Below, piece after piece: positions 1 to 8,976 of a DNA stretch of 64,000 nt. The stretch lies in contig JBBRLQ010000013.1 in assembly GCA_038231275.1 (NCBI GenBank), positions 163,737-227,736 of the forward strand, given 5' to 3'. Under the pieces are notes generated by a model, which did no database searches, was not told where the DNA came from, and saw only the letters and a program-made list of their open reading frames with translations. Source of the DNA: Polyangiales bacterium. Lineage in GTDB: Bacteria > Myxococcota_A > Polyangia > Polyangiales > Polyangiaceae. The translations under genes were made by a program, and so were the position numbers. Position 1 is the stretch's first letter; each line of letters begins with the position of its first letter.

Positions 1-560
1 TGTTCGGGAGCCTTAAGCTCGTGCGCGGCGTCGTTGCCCAACAGGCGATGCAAGTGGAGAAAGTCCTTCTGTCGTGCGGCAATCGCCCCGGAGGCGACTA
101 GATCGTCGATCCGTTCTTCTAAATTCTTCCCTTTAGCCCCTTGGTCGGCGCACATGGCCTCGACGGTTGCGCGCAATCCGATGGTGGCAAGGATCCGTGA
201 GTCGGCGTTCAGCGCGGTCAGCGCCTCACAGTAGATTCGCATCAGCTTCGCGGGGAGCAGGATGCCCTCGAACGGAAACCCGCGGCCCTCGTTCGGGGCC
301 GGGTAGAATGTCTGGTTCAGCCACGGCGAGTCGTCGGGCGCCACCTCGGTACTGTTCCACCGAGCCTCTTCGAAGCACACAGTCGCGCAACCCCGGCACC
401 GCAGGATTCGGTAATCCTCTCCCCAGGACACCGGCGACTCCTCCCCGAAGTCCTGTTCGTGCTCGTCCTCGATCTCGGCGAGGACGTCATGGCTCGTCCC
501 ACGACGGCACGTCCGACAGGTGGCGTTCGTGATCTTCGGCGTCTTCTTGGCGGCCGCCAT
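1..560 (-). CDS. Zn-ribbon + DUF4145 (HEPN-like) domain protein, 3' end truncated by window edge
   Basis: Manual minus-strand translation from ATG at 560: MAAAKKTPKITNATCRTC...YRILRCRGC...LRATVEAMCADQGAKGKNLEERIDDL...HRLLGNDAAHELK. Two CxxC pairs plus the RxxGNxAAH motif typical of DUF4145. No stop before position 1. Confidence 0.8.
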   Translation of the reverse strand, partial: MAAAKKTPKITNATCRTCRRGTSHDVLAEIEDEHEQDFGEESPVSWGEDYRILRCRGCATVCFEEARWNSTEVAPDDSPWLNQTFYPAPNEGRGFPFEGILLPAKLMRIYCEALTALNADSRILATIGLRATVEAMCADQGAKGKNLEERIDDLVASGAIAARQKDFLHLHRLLGNDAAHELKAPE

Positions 561-645
561 CTCGCGCTCCCCGTCCCCGGTGGCACCCGGCTGGCACTGA
601 CCCTACACGTTCGCCTCATCCAGCCCAGTTCTCGCTCAAACGAGG

Positions 646-718
646 CGTCCCCAGAGGGATTCGAACCCTCGTTAGCGACGTGAAAAGCCGCGGTCCTGGG
701 CCTCTAGACGATGGGGAC
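646..718 (-). tRNA. tRNA-Glu (anticodon TTC), CCA not encoded
   Basis: Reverse complement GTCCCCATCGTCTAGAGGCCCAGGACCGCGGCTTTTCACGTCGCTAACGAGGGTTCGAATCCCTCTGGGGACG. Acceptor stem, anticodon arm GCGGC-TTTTCAC-GTCGC and T-loop GTTCGAATC are all present. Confidence 0.95.
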
Positions 719-809
719 GGAGTAACGAAGCAGGTAGGACGGGGCGCAACCTAGCAGAACCCGCGCGAGACGTGTACTCCGCCGCGCATCGTGCTACTCG
801 GCCGTCACG

Positions 810-2174
810 ATGATGCGCGCGCGACCCTATTTCCAGGCCTCTTCCGCGATCAAGCCGACCGCGCTCCTCGCGCTCGTAGCAGGCCTCGTCGCGACGCCGC
901 TCGCGTGTGGCGGGTCCGACGGGAGCGCGAACGACGGCGCCTCCCCCGACGCCGGCGCAGCCGAGGGCAGCGCGATCGACGCGCCGACGACGCCTCCGGG
1001 TGATGGCGGAGGGCCCCCGCTCGACGCGCCGAATACGAACGACGCGCCCGCGGCCAACGACGCGCCCGCCGATGGCCCGAGCCTCGGTTGCCCGCGCGCG
1101 CCCGCCGCCGCCGATCGGCCGCGGCGCGTCGTCGTCTCGCACCCCTTCGCGGTCGACGGCGGTAAGGCCACGCTCTTCGAGGTGCTGAGCCTCTCGCAAG
1201 CGGGCACGCTCACGAGGCCAGCAGCGCCCGTCACGTTCCAGATGGGGACGGCGCTCGACGCACCGATCGTCTTCACGCCGGACGGCGAGATCGGTCTGGT
1301 CTCACAGGACGACGGATCGATCGGCGTCTTCAAGCTCCCGGCGACGGGCGCCCCCACCGTGATCCACGCGGCGTTCGCCGGCAATTTCTACGCAGGCGGG
1401 TTGGTGCTCACGCCCGACGGGTCCACCGTGTATGTCCTCGACAGCAACGTCCGGAAGAACGGCGGCGGCGTCTACCGGATCCCCATCCACTGCGACGGCA
1501 CGCTCGGCACCGCCACGCTCGTCGTGCCGGGCAGCGGCGCGAGCGCGATGGCGCTCCTCCCTGGCGATCCGACGAAGGCGGTCCTCGGCGCGACGGCGGC
1601 GTTCGACTCGGCGGTGAACCAGGATGTTCACCTCGTCGACCTGGCGGCGCAGACGCGCATCGCGAGCGCGTCCGTATTTCTCGATGGAATGGCCAGCGTG
1701 GCGTCCCTCGCCGTCGCGCCGGACGGAAAGTTCGCGATCCTCGCGGACAACAGCTTCAGCGCCGGCAGTCGCATCGCCGCGGTCGCGATCACACCGTCCT
1801 TCGTGCCGGCGGGTGGCATCCTCGCGACGCCGTTCCCGGATGGCGTCGCCGTGTCTCCGTACGACGACTCCGCGATCGTGCTGAACGACGACTCGACCGA
1901 TCAGATCCACGTGCTCACCTACGATCCGGCGAACGCCGCGGCGCCATTCGCGATCAAAGGCGAGCTCGTCTACAAATTCGGCAAGCCGCAGATTCCGATC
2001 TCGATCTCCCTCATCGATCGCGGCGCGCTGAAGGGCACCACGTTCGTCGGCGAGAACATCGCCGTGCGGCAGCTCACGTTCGGCGCGGGTGGCGCGGTGA
2101 CCGACACGGCGAAGCTCGTCTTCCCGGGTGGCGGGAACGAGACGATCATCGGCGTCGTCGGCGTCCAGCCCTGA
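810..2174 (+). CDS. Lipoprotein with beta-propeller (YVTN/lactonase-like repeats)
   Basis: Lipobox PLAC, D/A/G-rich linker, repeated FTPDG / LTPDG / VAPDGK / VSPYD blades. Confidence 0.65.
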   Translation: MMRARPYFQASSAIKPTALLALVAGLVATPLACGGSDGSANDGASPDAGAAEGSAIDAPTTPPGDGGGPPLDAPNTNDAPAANDAPADGPSLGCPRAPAAADRPRRVVVSHPFAVDGGKATLFEVLSLSQAGTLTRPAAPVTFQMGTALDAPIVFTPDGEIGLVSQDDGSIGVFKLPATGAPTVIHAAFAGNFYAGGLVLTPDGSTVYVLDSNVRKNGGGVYRIPIHCDGTLGTATLVVPGSGASAMALLPGDPTKAVLGATAAFDSAVNQDVHLVDLAAQTRIASASVFLDGMASVASLAVAPDGKFAILADNSFSAGSRIAAVAITPSFVPAGGILATPFPDGVAVSPYDDSAIVLNDDSTDQIHVLTYDPANAAAPFAIKGELVYKFGKPQIPISISLIDRGALKGTTFVGENIAVRQLTFGAGGAVTDTAKLVFPGGGNETIIGVVGVQP

Positions 2175-2181
2175 GGCGAGC

Positions 2182-3309
2182 GTGACGCGCTGGGACGTCG
2201 TCGTCGTCGGAGGCGGCATCGCAGGCGCGTCGGCGGCGGCGTGTCTTGGTGAGGAGCTGCGGGTCGTCGTCCTCGAGCGCGAGGCGCAGCCCGGCTACCA
2301 CACGACGGGGCGGTCGGCGGCGCTGTTCTCGGAGATCTACGGCGGACCGGCGGTGCGCGCGCTTTCTCGGGCGAGCCGCGCGTTCTTTCGTTCGCCGCCA
2401 CCAGGATTCGCCGACGAGCCGCTTGCGCGCGATCGCGGCTCGCTCTTCGTCGCGCGGGTCGATCAGAGAGGAGCGCTCGACGCCTTTCTGAATGCGCCGG
2501 ACGTCGCGCGCCAGGTCACGCGAGTCTCGCCGGCGGAGGCGCGCGCGCTCGTTCCGATCCTGAGGGATGACTACGTCGCGGCGGCCGCGTACGAGCGCGA
2601 GGCGGCCGATCTCGACGTGCACGCCCTCCATCACGGCTACCTCCGTGTCCTGCGCGCGCGCGGAGGTGAGGTGCGCACCGGCGCCGCCGTGATCGCCGTC
2701 GAATCGCGTGGCGAGCTCCTCCGCGTTCGAACCGACGTCGAGGCCTTCGAGGCGCCGATCGTCGTGAACGCCGCGGGCGCATGGGCCGACGAGCTCGCGG
2801 CGTTGGCGGGCGCAAGGCCGCTCGGTCTGGCGCCGCTCCGGCGGACCGCGCTTACCGTCGACGTGGCGAAAGAACCGGCGATCGCGGCGATGCCGATGAC
2901 GATCGACGTCGACGAACGCTTCTACTTCAAGCCGGAGGCCGGCCGTCTCCTCGTCTCGCCCGCCGACGAGACGCCATCGCCTCCGTGCGACGCGGCGCCC
3001 GACGATCTCGACGTCGCGATCGCCGTCGATCGTCTCGAGAAGGCCACGACCGTGGAGGTGCGACGCGTCGCGAGCAAGTGGGCCGGTCTACGGACGTTCG
3101 CGCCCGATCGCGCGCCGGTCGTCGGCTTCGATCCCGCTCTCCGTGGCTTTTTCTGGCTCGCCGGCCAGGGCGGGTACGGCATCCAGACCGCGCCGGCGAT
3201 CGCGCATCTCGTCGGCGCGCTCGTTCGACGGCGTGAGGTCCCCGGGGATCTCCTGGACGCAGGTCTCCGCCTCGCCGAGATTTCTCCCGCGCGATTCGCG
3301 GTGCGTTGA
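2182..3309 (+). CDS. FAD-dependent oxidoreductase, D-amino acid oxidase (DAO) family, DauA-like
   Basis: VVVVGGGIAG Rossmann motif, YHTTGRSAA, VNAAGAWAD, WAGLRTF, GQGGYGIQTAPA. GTG start at 2182 just after the upstream stop. Confidence 0.85.
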   Translation: MTRWDVVVVGGGIAGASAAACLGEELRVVVLEREAQPGYHTTGRSAALFSEIYGGPAVRALSRASRAFFRSPPPGFADEPLARDRGSLFVARVDQRGALDAFLNAPDVARQVTRVSPAEARALVPILRDDYVAAAAYEREAADLDVHALHHGYLRVLRARGGEVRTGAAVIAVESRGELLRVRTDVEAFEAPIVVNAAGAWADELAALAGARPLGLAPLRRTALTVDVAKEPAIAAMPMTIDVDERFYFKPEAGRLLVSPADETPSPPCDAAPDDLDVAIAVDRLEKATTVEVRRVASKWAGLRTFAPDRAPVVGFDPALRGFFWLAGQGGYGIQTAPAIAHLVGALVRRREVPGDLLDAGLRLAEISPARFAVR

Positions 3310-3313
3310 CGAT

Positions 3314-4165
3314 TCAGCGATCGGTCTGATCGAGGAACGCGCGCAGCGTCGACTCGTCTTCGGCGGCGTTGGCGAGCCCTTGGAAGAACGCGCGCGACGG
3401 CGGCGCGGCGGATAGGATGCCGAGGCCTTCGAACAGACACGCGGCGGCGATCTCGCGGATCTGCGCGAGGCCGCGCGACGAGACGAGCGTAGTCCCGAGG
3501 ATGCGCGCGATCGAGGCCACGTCACGGATCGGCAAGTGGCAGATCGAGTCCCCCTTCTGCGTGTAGCAGGGGGAGTGCGCGGCGTACGCGGCGTCCTCGA
3601 GCGCGCCGCACGCGAGGCCTTCGTGCAGGGTCGGCACGATCGACGTCTGCAGGCACGTGCGGATGCGGCGCAGCCACGATTGACCGTGCGGAGTGAAGCG
3701 GCCGTGCTCCTCTACGAACGCGTAACAAAGACGCTCGCCGAAATCGAGCGCGTAGCCCTGATCGCCGCACGGCTGCGACGCCTCGAGGCACGCGCGATAG
3801 AACGAACAGTCGTCGGCCACCGGCGCGTCGCACGAGGCGCGCGTCGGATACGTAGCCCCCGCGTGGCACGACGCGCGGACCGGCGAATACGCGACCACGC
3901 AGGCGCCGCCGCACTGGGCGGACGTGTCGGCGCTCAGCTTGGCCACGCAGCTCGCGGACGCGGCACGCGCGGACGCCGCGGAGCAGTACGTCGCATCGAG
4001 CTCGGCTCCGCACGCGGCGGCGACGGCCTTCTCGGCCCCCGCGACAGGCACCAGGATCGACGAAGAGCCACCCGACAAAGCCTCCGCCCCAGCCTCCTCC
4101 GGCCCGGCCGACGCGCTGCAGCCCACGGCGAGGACGAGCGAGAAAACAGCCGCGATTTTTCGCAC
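3314..4165 (-). CDS. Cys-rich lipoprotein with possible stanniocalcin-like domain
   Basis: Lipobox LAVGC. Pattern CSFYRACLE..CG..GYALDFGERLC..F...GQSW...RTCLQ...C..L...AY..H..CY. Confidence 0.55.
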   Translation of the reverse strand: MRKIAAVFSLVLAVGCSASAGPEEAGAEALSGGSSSILVPVAGAEKAVAAACGAELDATYCSAASARAASASCVAKLSADTSAQCGGACVVAYSPVRASCHAGATYPTRASCDAPVADDCSFYRACLEASQPCGDQGYALDFGERLCYAFVEEHGRFTPHGQSWLRRIRTCLQTSIVPTLHEGLACGALEDAAYAAHSPCYTQKGDSICHLPIRDVASIARILGTTLVSSRGLAQIREIAAACLFEGLGILSAAPPSRAFFQGLANAAEDESTLRAFLDQTDR

Positions 4166-4190
4166 GCGCGCGGTTTAGCACATCCGCTCG

Positions 4191-5405
4191 TCAGCGCACG
4201 AGCGCGCGCTCCACGAGGGCGATTCGGTCTTGGCCCCAAAAGAGCTCCTTGCCGTCCACCACCCACGTGGGCGCGCCGAAGACGCCGTGATCGGCAGCGT
4301 ACTGCGTCGCGTCGATGAGCGCCTTCTTGATCTCCGGCGTCTGCGTGCGCGCGAGGACGGCGGCGGCGTCGGCGCCCGCGGCGGTGAGCAGCTCGCCGAG
4401 CACGGCGTCGTCGTTGATGTCGCGATCCTCACCCCAGTACGCGCGGAACGTCGCTGCGCGAAACGCGTCCGCGTGCGCCTCCTCGACGGCGAGGGCGCAT
4501 CTCATCGACTTGATCGTCATCATCGGGAAGCGCGTCGGCCACTTGAAGGGCACGCCCAAGTAGGCCGCCCACCGCTCCATGTCCTTGGCGTAGTAGCGCT
4601 GCTTCGCTTGCGACCACGTGGCGAGCGGCACCATCGCCTGGCCGATCGTCTTGAAGAGCCCGCCGAGGAGCATCGGCCGCCACGTGAGCTTGGCGCCGGT
4701 GCGCGCCGCGAGGGCCTGCGCTTGGGTCGCGCCGAGGTACGCGAACGGCGACGAGAAATCCCAATAGAGGTCGAGCGAGCGGCCCCTGGTGCTCCCCACG
4801 ATCGGCGGGAGCACGTCCTCCGCGCGCGCACCGGCGACGAGATGCATGCGATCCTGTCCCCAGTACAGCTCCTTCTCGTCGACCACGAACGCCGGCGCGC
4901 CGAAGACACCGAGCGCGATCGCGCGATCGGTGCGCCGACGCAGATCGTCCTTCACCTCGGCAGTCTCGATCCTCGCGAGCACCTCGTCGGCGGAGTGGCC
5001 GGCGGCGGTGACCACGTCTCGGATCGTCGCGGGATCCGACGGCGGGCGTCCAAGGACCCAGTATGCCCGGTAAAATCCCTCGATCACGTGCGGATCGAGC
5101 CCTGTCGCGATCGTCGCGCGGAGGGCCTCGACGCTGCGCATGGGGTGCGCGTTCGGCTTCTGGAGGCGGACGCCGAAGAGCTCCGCCCATCGCGCGAAGT
5201 CTTGCTCGTTGTGCGCGAGCTTCTGCGGGATGAGCACCTCGCTCAGGTTCTGCGGCGTGTCGTTCGCGCGGAACACGCCACCGAGGAGCATCGGCTGCCA
5301 CACCAGCGCGGCCCCCATGCGTTGCGCGAGCTTCCGTACCTGCGTGCTCGCGATGTACGCGTACGGGCAGGTGTAGTCGAACCAGAAGTCCAGACGAGCG
5401 GCCAT
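4191..5405 (-). CDS. Tandem two-domain 2-hydroxychromene-2-carboxylate isomerase / kappa-GST (DsbA-like) protein
   Basis: Two homologous halves: DFWFDYTCPYAY...GVFGAPAF...WGQDR and DLYWDFSSPFAY...GVFGAPTW...WGQDR. Confidence 0.85.
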   Translation of the reverse strand: MAARLDFWFDYTCPYAYIASTQVRKLAQRMGAALVWQPMLLGGVFRANDTPQNLSEVLIPQKLAHNEQDFARWAELFGVRLQKPNAHPMRSVEALRATIATGLDPHVIEGFYRAYWVLGRPPSDPATIRDVVTAAGHSADEVLARIETAEVKDDLRRRTDRAIALGVFGAPAFVVDEKELYWGQDRMHLVAGARAEDVLPPIVGSTRGRSLDLYWDFSSPFAYLGATQAQALAARTGAKLTWRPMLLGGLFKTIGQAMVPLATWSQAKQRYYAKDMERWAAYLGVPFKWPTRFPMMTIKSMRCALAVEEAHADAFRAATFRAYWGEDRDINDDAVLGELLTAAGADAAAVLARTQTPEIKKALIDATQYAADHGVFGAPTWVVDGKELFWGQDRIALVERALVR

Positions 5406-5475
5406 CTCGGCACTCTACCCCCACCGGCGCGTTCGTGAGCTGCCGTCCTCGCTCGAGCTACGCGCCCGGGCGTGA

Positions 5476-6900
5476 TTAAAGGGTGTACCCGAGGATGACG
5501 CGTAGGCCCCCGCGGACGACCGGCGACTCCTTGAAGTACCGATCCCCGTTCCCGTCGACCGCGCCCGCGCCGTGGACATCGGCGAACAATGCGCCCTCGA
5601 CAAAGAAGTTGCCGAGGTCCAGCTGCCCGCCGCCCTCGAGCAGCGCCACGCCGGAGCCGCTCGATCCCTTCTCCGCGCGCTGCGTGCTCGCGTCCTTCAC
5701 GCCGAGCTTGGCGTCGACCCCCTGCGCTGCGAGCCCGAGCGCGAGGCCGATGAAACCACGAAATTTCCCGGTCGTTCGCAGCCGCAGCTCGGGCGCCACC
5801 GCCACGTAGGTGAGCGTGATGGTGTCTTGCGCGACACCCTTCACCGCCGCGCTCTCGTACGCGTTCGTGGACATTCCTCCGAGCTCCGCCATGAGCCCGA
5901 TGCTGACGTTCTTACCGAGCATGCGGCCTCCGTGGAGGACCAGGCTCGCGCCGCCGAAGTTTCGCTTCGTCGTGCCGGTGTCGTCGAGGGCGAGCGCGGT
6001 GGGCGTCAGCGCTTGGCCGAACACACCGACCCCCGCCGACACGTACCAGAGGCGCGGCGCCGGCGGCGGCTTGGGAGCAGGGAACGGCTCGGGAGCGGGC
6101 GATGCCCCGAGGTCCACGTTCACGGTGCCCTGCGCGTTGGGCGGCACGTTGACCGTGACGGTCTTTTGGGCGACGCCCGGGATGGTCGCCTCGATGCGAT
6201 GAACACCGGCCGGGACGTCCCCGCTCCAGACGCCAGTCCCGACCTCGACCCCATCGAGCACGATCTTCGCCGCGGGTGCGCTGGCCTGGATCGTGAGCCG
6301 CCCGTGCCCGGCGACGTCCGCAGCGACGAGCCCGAGCTCGATCGACGTCTCCGGCTGCCCTGCCGTGAGATGCACGCGCTGCTCGGCCTGCGTGAAGCCC
6401 GTGGCCACCGCGCGAAAGACGTGATCGCCGGGCAAGAACCGAAGCGGCCGCGCCACTCGCTCCGCCGACACGGCCTTGTCGTCGACGCTCACCGCGAACG
6501 CCGCCGGCGGCGTGCTCCCCGCATACACGACGCGCACGCGCACCGTTGCGACGAGCGCGCTCATCTCCGCGATGGTCTGCTTCGCGCCGTCACGCACGTC
6601 GGCCTTGAGCGTGTCGCCTCCCTCGGCGAGCATCTCCTCGAGCGCGTCGATCGCCTCGGGATACCGCCCGAGCCCGCGCAGGCAGAGCGCCACGTTGCGC
6701 TTGATCTGGGGCGACCGCTTCGCCGCGTACGCCGCCTGGAACTCCGTCAGCGCGGTGGCGTAATCGTGTGCATCATACAACTTAACGCCCGCCGAAAAAT
6801 GCGCCCGCGCGGCCTCCGCATCGTCCGCGCGCACGATCTTCGGCGCGCAGAGGGAGACCAGGAGGGAGAGCGCGGCGAAGAGAGCTCGGAAGCGCGTCAT
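5476..6900 (-). CDS. Secreted TPR + PEGA domain protein with C-terminal outer-membrane beta-barrel-like region
   Basis: Signal peptide, ARAHFSAGVKLY..A..EFQAAY TPR, PEGA-like IVLDGVEVG..PAGVHRIE, amphipathic beta strands ending GLRVILGYTL. Confidence 0.7.
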   Translation of the reverse strand: MTRFRALFAALSLLVSLCAPKIVRADDAEAARAHFSAGVKLYDAHDYATALTEFQAAYAAKRSPQIKRNVALCLRGLGRYPEAIDALEEMLAEGGDTLKADVRDGAKQTIAEMSALVATVRVRVVYAGSTPPAAFAVSVDDKAVSAERVARPLRFLPGDHVFRAVATGFTQAEQRVHLTAGQPETSIELGLVAADVAGHGRLTIQASAPAAKIVLDGVEVGTGVWSGDVPAGVHRIEATIPGVAQKTVTVNVPPNAQGTVNVDLGASPAPEPFPAPKPPPAPRLWYVSAGVGVFGQALTPTALALDDTGTTKRNFGGASLVLHGGRMLGKNVSIGLMAELGGMSTNAYESAAVKGVAQDTITLTYVAVAPELRLRTTGKFRGFIGLALGLAAQGVDAKLGVKDASTQRAEKGSSGSGVALLEGGGQLDLGNFFVEGALFADVHGAGAVDGNGDRYFKESPVVRGGLRVILGYTL

Positions 6901-6901
6901 G

Positions 6902-8368
6902 TCACTCCGGGAGCTCGCGCGAGATGTCGAGCGGCTTTTGCGGCCCGGGCTTCGGCAGCGGAGTCGGAGTCGGAGTCGGACGACGGACGGGCGGAGTCGG
7001 AGTCGCGGTCGGAGTCGCGGTCGGAGTCGCGGTCGGAGTCGCGGTCGGAGTCGCGGTCGGAGTCGCGGTCGGAGTCGGAGTCGGAGTCGGAGTCGCGGTC
7101 GGAGTCGCGGTCGACGTCACCGGCGAGGGCGACGATGCGCTCGGCGAGGTCTGGGCTTGGGTGACCCGTGGAGCCGGCGGCGGAGGAGCCTCTTTGCGGA
7201 ACGACGCGACGATCCACGACGTCACCAGCACCCCCGCGAGCGTCGCGCCGAACGCGGTCAGCGGAACCGCGAGGCGTGAGCCCACCGTCGGCGCGCGGCT
7301 CGGCGTCGTGCTTCGCGCACCCCACGATGCACGCGACCACGACACGCCGGTCGGCGGCGACCCCGGCATCGAGAGCGCGCTCGGCGTCGGCGCGAGCGGA
7401 TTGACGGGCTGCGCGCCGCTCACGAGCGTCGCCGTCGACGGATCGAGAGGCACCCGCACGCGCTCGTCCGGAGCGATCTCGTGCAGCGCGCGGAGCATCG
7501 CCCCCGCGCTCGAGAATCTCTTCGCCCTGTCGCGCGCGAGCGCGACCCCGACGAACGACGACACCGCGGCCGATACGCTCGGCTCGAGCGACGACAGCGC
7601 CGGCGCGTCGGTCATGCAAATGGAAAGGATGATCTGCTCGTAGCTCTCGCCGACATGGGGTGGACGCCCCGCCAAGCACTCGAACAAGATCGCCCCGAGC
7701 GCGTACAGATCGGCGCGACCGTCGAGATCTTCCGCGGCCTGCGCCTGCTCGGGCGACATGTAGAGCGGCGTTCCGAGGATGGTCCCCTTGCCCGTCAGGG
7801 CTAGGGGCGCGGTGCCGGAGTGGGCCCTACTTGACGCTCGAATTTTGGAGACGCCGAAGTCGACGATCTTGGTGAAGAGCGGATCGCCGTCGCTCTTCAC
7901 CAGGAACACGTTGTCGGGCTTCAGATCGCGGTGGACGATCCCCGCCTCGTGCGCGCGTCCGAGCCCTCGCAAGACCTGCGCGCCGACGTGGAGCGCGTCG
8001 GCCAGCGGGATGCGTCCGTGGCGGCGGAGGCGCGTTCCAAGATCCTCTCCGCGGAGCAGCTCCATCACGAGGTAGGGGCGGCCGTCGTCGATCCCCGCGT
8101 CGAAGACCGTGACGATGTTCGCGCTCTCGATCGAGCTGGCGGCCCGGGCCTCCCGCGCGAAGCGGCTCGTCACCTGCTCGTCCTTCGCTAACTCGCGGTC
8201 GACGAACTTGAGCGCGACCTTCTTGCCGATCGCGACGTTCTCCGCCTCGTAGACCGCCCCCATCCCGCCGCGCCCGATCAGGCGCTGCACGGCGTACTTT
8301 CCCCCGACGGTGGTGCCAACGAGCGCTTCGAGCTCGCGGTCTCTGCTGCTTTGGGTCGGCTCGTTCAT
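6902..8368 (-). CDS. Hanks-type Ser/Thr protein kinase with TM helix and Pro/Thr-rich C-terminal stalk
   Basis: GRGGMGAVY, VALK, HRDLKPDN, DFG, YMSPEQ, followed by a hydrophobic segment and (TPTA)n. Confidence 0.92.
   Translation of the reverse strand: MNEPTQSSRDRELEALVGTTVGGKYAVQRLIGRGGMGAVYEAENVAIGKKVALKFVDRELAKDEQVTSRFAREARAASSIESANIVTVFDAGIDDGRPYLVMELLRGEDLGTRLRRHGRIPLADALHVGAQVLRGLGRAHEAGIVHRDLKPDNVFLVKSDGDPLFTKIVDFGVSKIRASSRAHSGTAPLALTGKGTILGTPLYMSPEQAQAAEDLDGRADLYALGAILFECLAGRPPHVGESYEQIILSICMTDAPALSSLEPSVSAAVSSFVGVALARDRAKRFSSAGAMLRALHEIAPDERVRVPLDPSTATLVSGAQPVNPLAPTPSALSMPGSPPTGVSWSRASWGARSTTPSRAPTVGSRLAVPLTAFGATLAGVLVTSWIVASFRKEAPPPPAPRVTQAQTSPSASSPSPVTSTATPTATPTPTPTPTATPTATPTATPTATPTATPTATPTPPVRRPTPTPTPLPKPGPQKPLDISRELPE
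6958..7115. repeat. Coding 6/12-bp tandem repeat (GGAGTC / GGAGTCGCGGTC) encoding a TPTA linker
   Basis: Tandem array directly visible inside the kinase 3' end. Confidence 0.9.
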
Positions 8369-8599
8369 CGGGGCGCGCGGCGGGGCGGCACACCGTGCCG
8401 GAGAAGCAGAGAGCATACCACGCGCCGAGGGCCGAGCCCGTCGGGCAACTCGCCGGAATCATGCTTCAAATCATCAAAAGGAAACGGCCGAAACCCGCAC
8501 GTGGTCCGCGTGTGGGCGGATCACGACGAGAACGGCCGTTCTCACCTGGCAGCGAAACACTCGGGCCGGGTGCGCGTGGGCGCAGACCTGGCGGAGCGT

Positions 8600-8863
8600 T
8601 CAGCCCATCTTGTGGACGCGAATCGAGAGGCGCGAGACCGTGCGCGACGCCGCCTTGCGGTGCACGACGCCCTTCGTCGCGGCCGTGTCGAGCGCCTTGA
8701 TCGCGCGGGCAAGGGCCGTCTTCGCGGCTTCCTTGTTCTTCGCGGTGACCGCGGCGTCGACCGCCTTCACGATCGTGCGGACGGAGCTGGAGACGGCGCG
8801 GTTGCGGATCGTTCGCGTGATGCGCTGGCGGTTACGCTTCTCGGCAGAGGGATGGTTGGCCAC
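8600..8863 (-). CDS. rpsT: 30S ribosomal protein S20
   Basis: (M)ANHPSAEKRNRQ...LDTAATKGVVHRKAASRTVSRL; GTG start at 8863. Confidence 0.95.
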   Translation of the reverse strand: MANHPSAEKRNRQRITRTIRNRAVSSSVRTIVKAVDAAVTAKNKEAAKTALARAIKALDTAATKGVVHRKAASRTVSRLSIRVHKMG

Positions 8864-8976
8864 GGCAAGTCCTCGAAAAATCTCGGGTTCCCCAAACACC
8901 CCGGTTTGGAGCGAAGGGACGCGCACTTTAGGCGCTACGGCGACATTGTCAAGTGCCCGAACCCCAGCACGTTATC

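Noticed and set aside
6958..7115. Tandem repeats here and at about 15690-15775, 29735-29910 and 31775-31875 as non-coding arrays
   Set aside because: All are in-frame low-complexity protein linkers (TPTA, SASG, SSGG, DSG).
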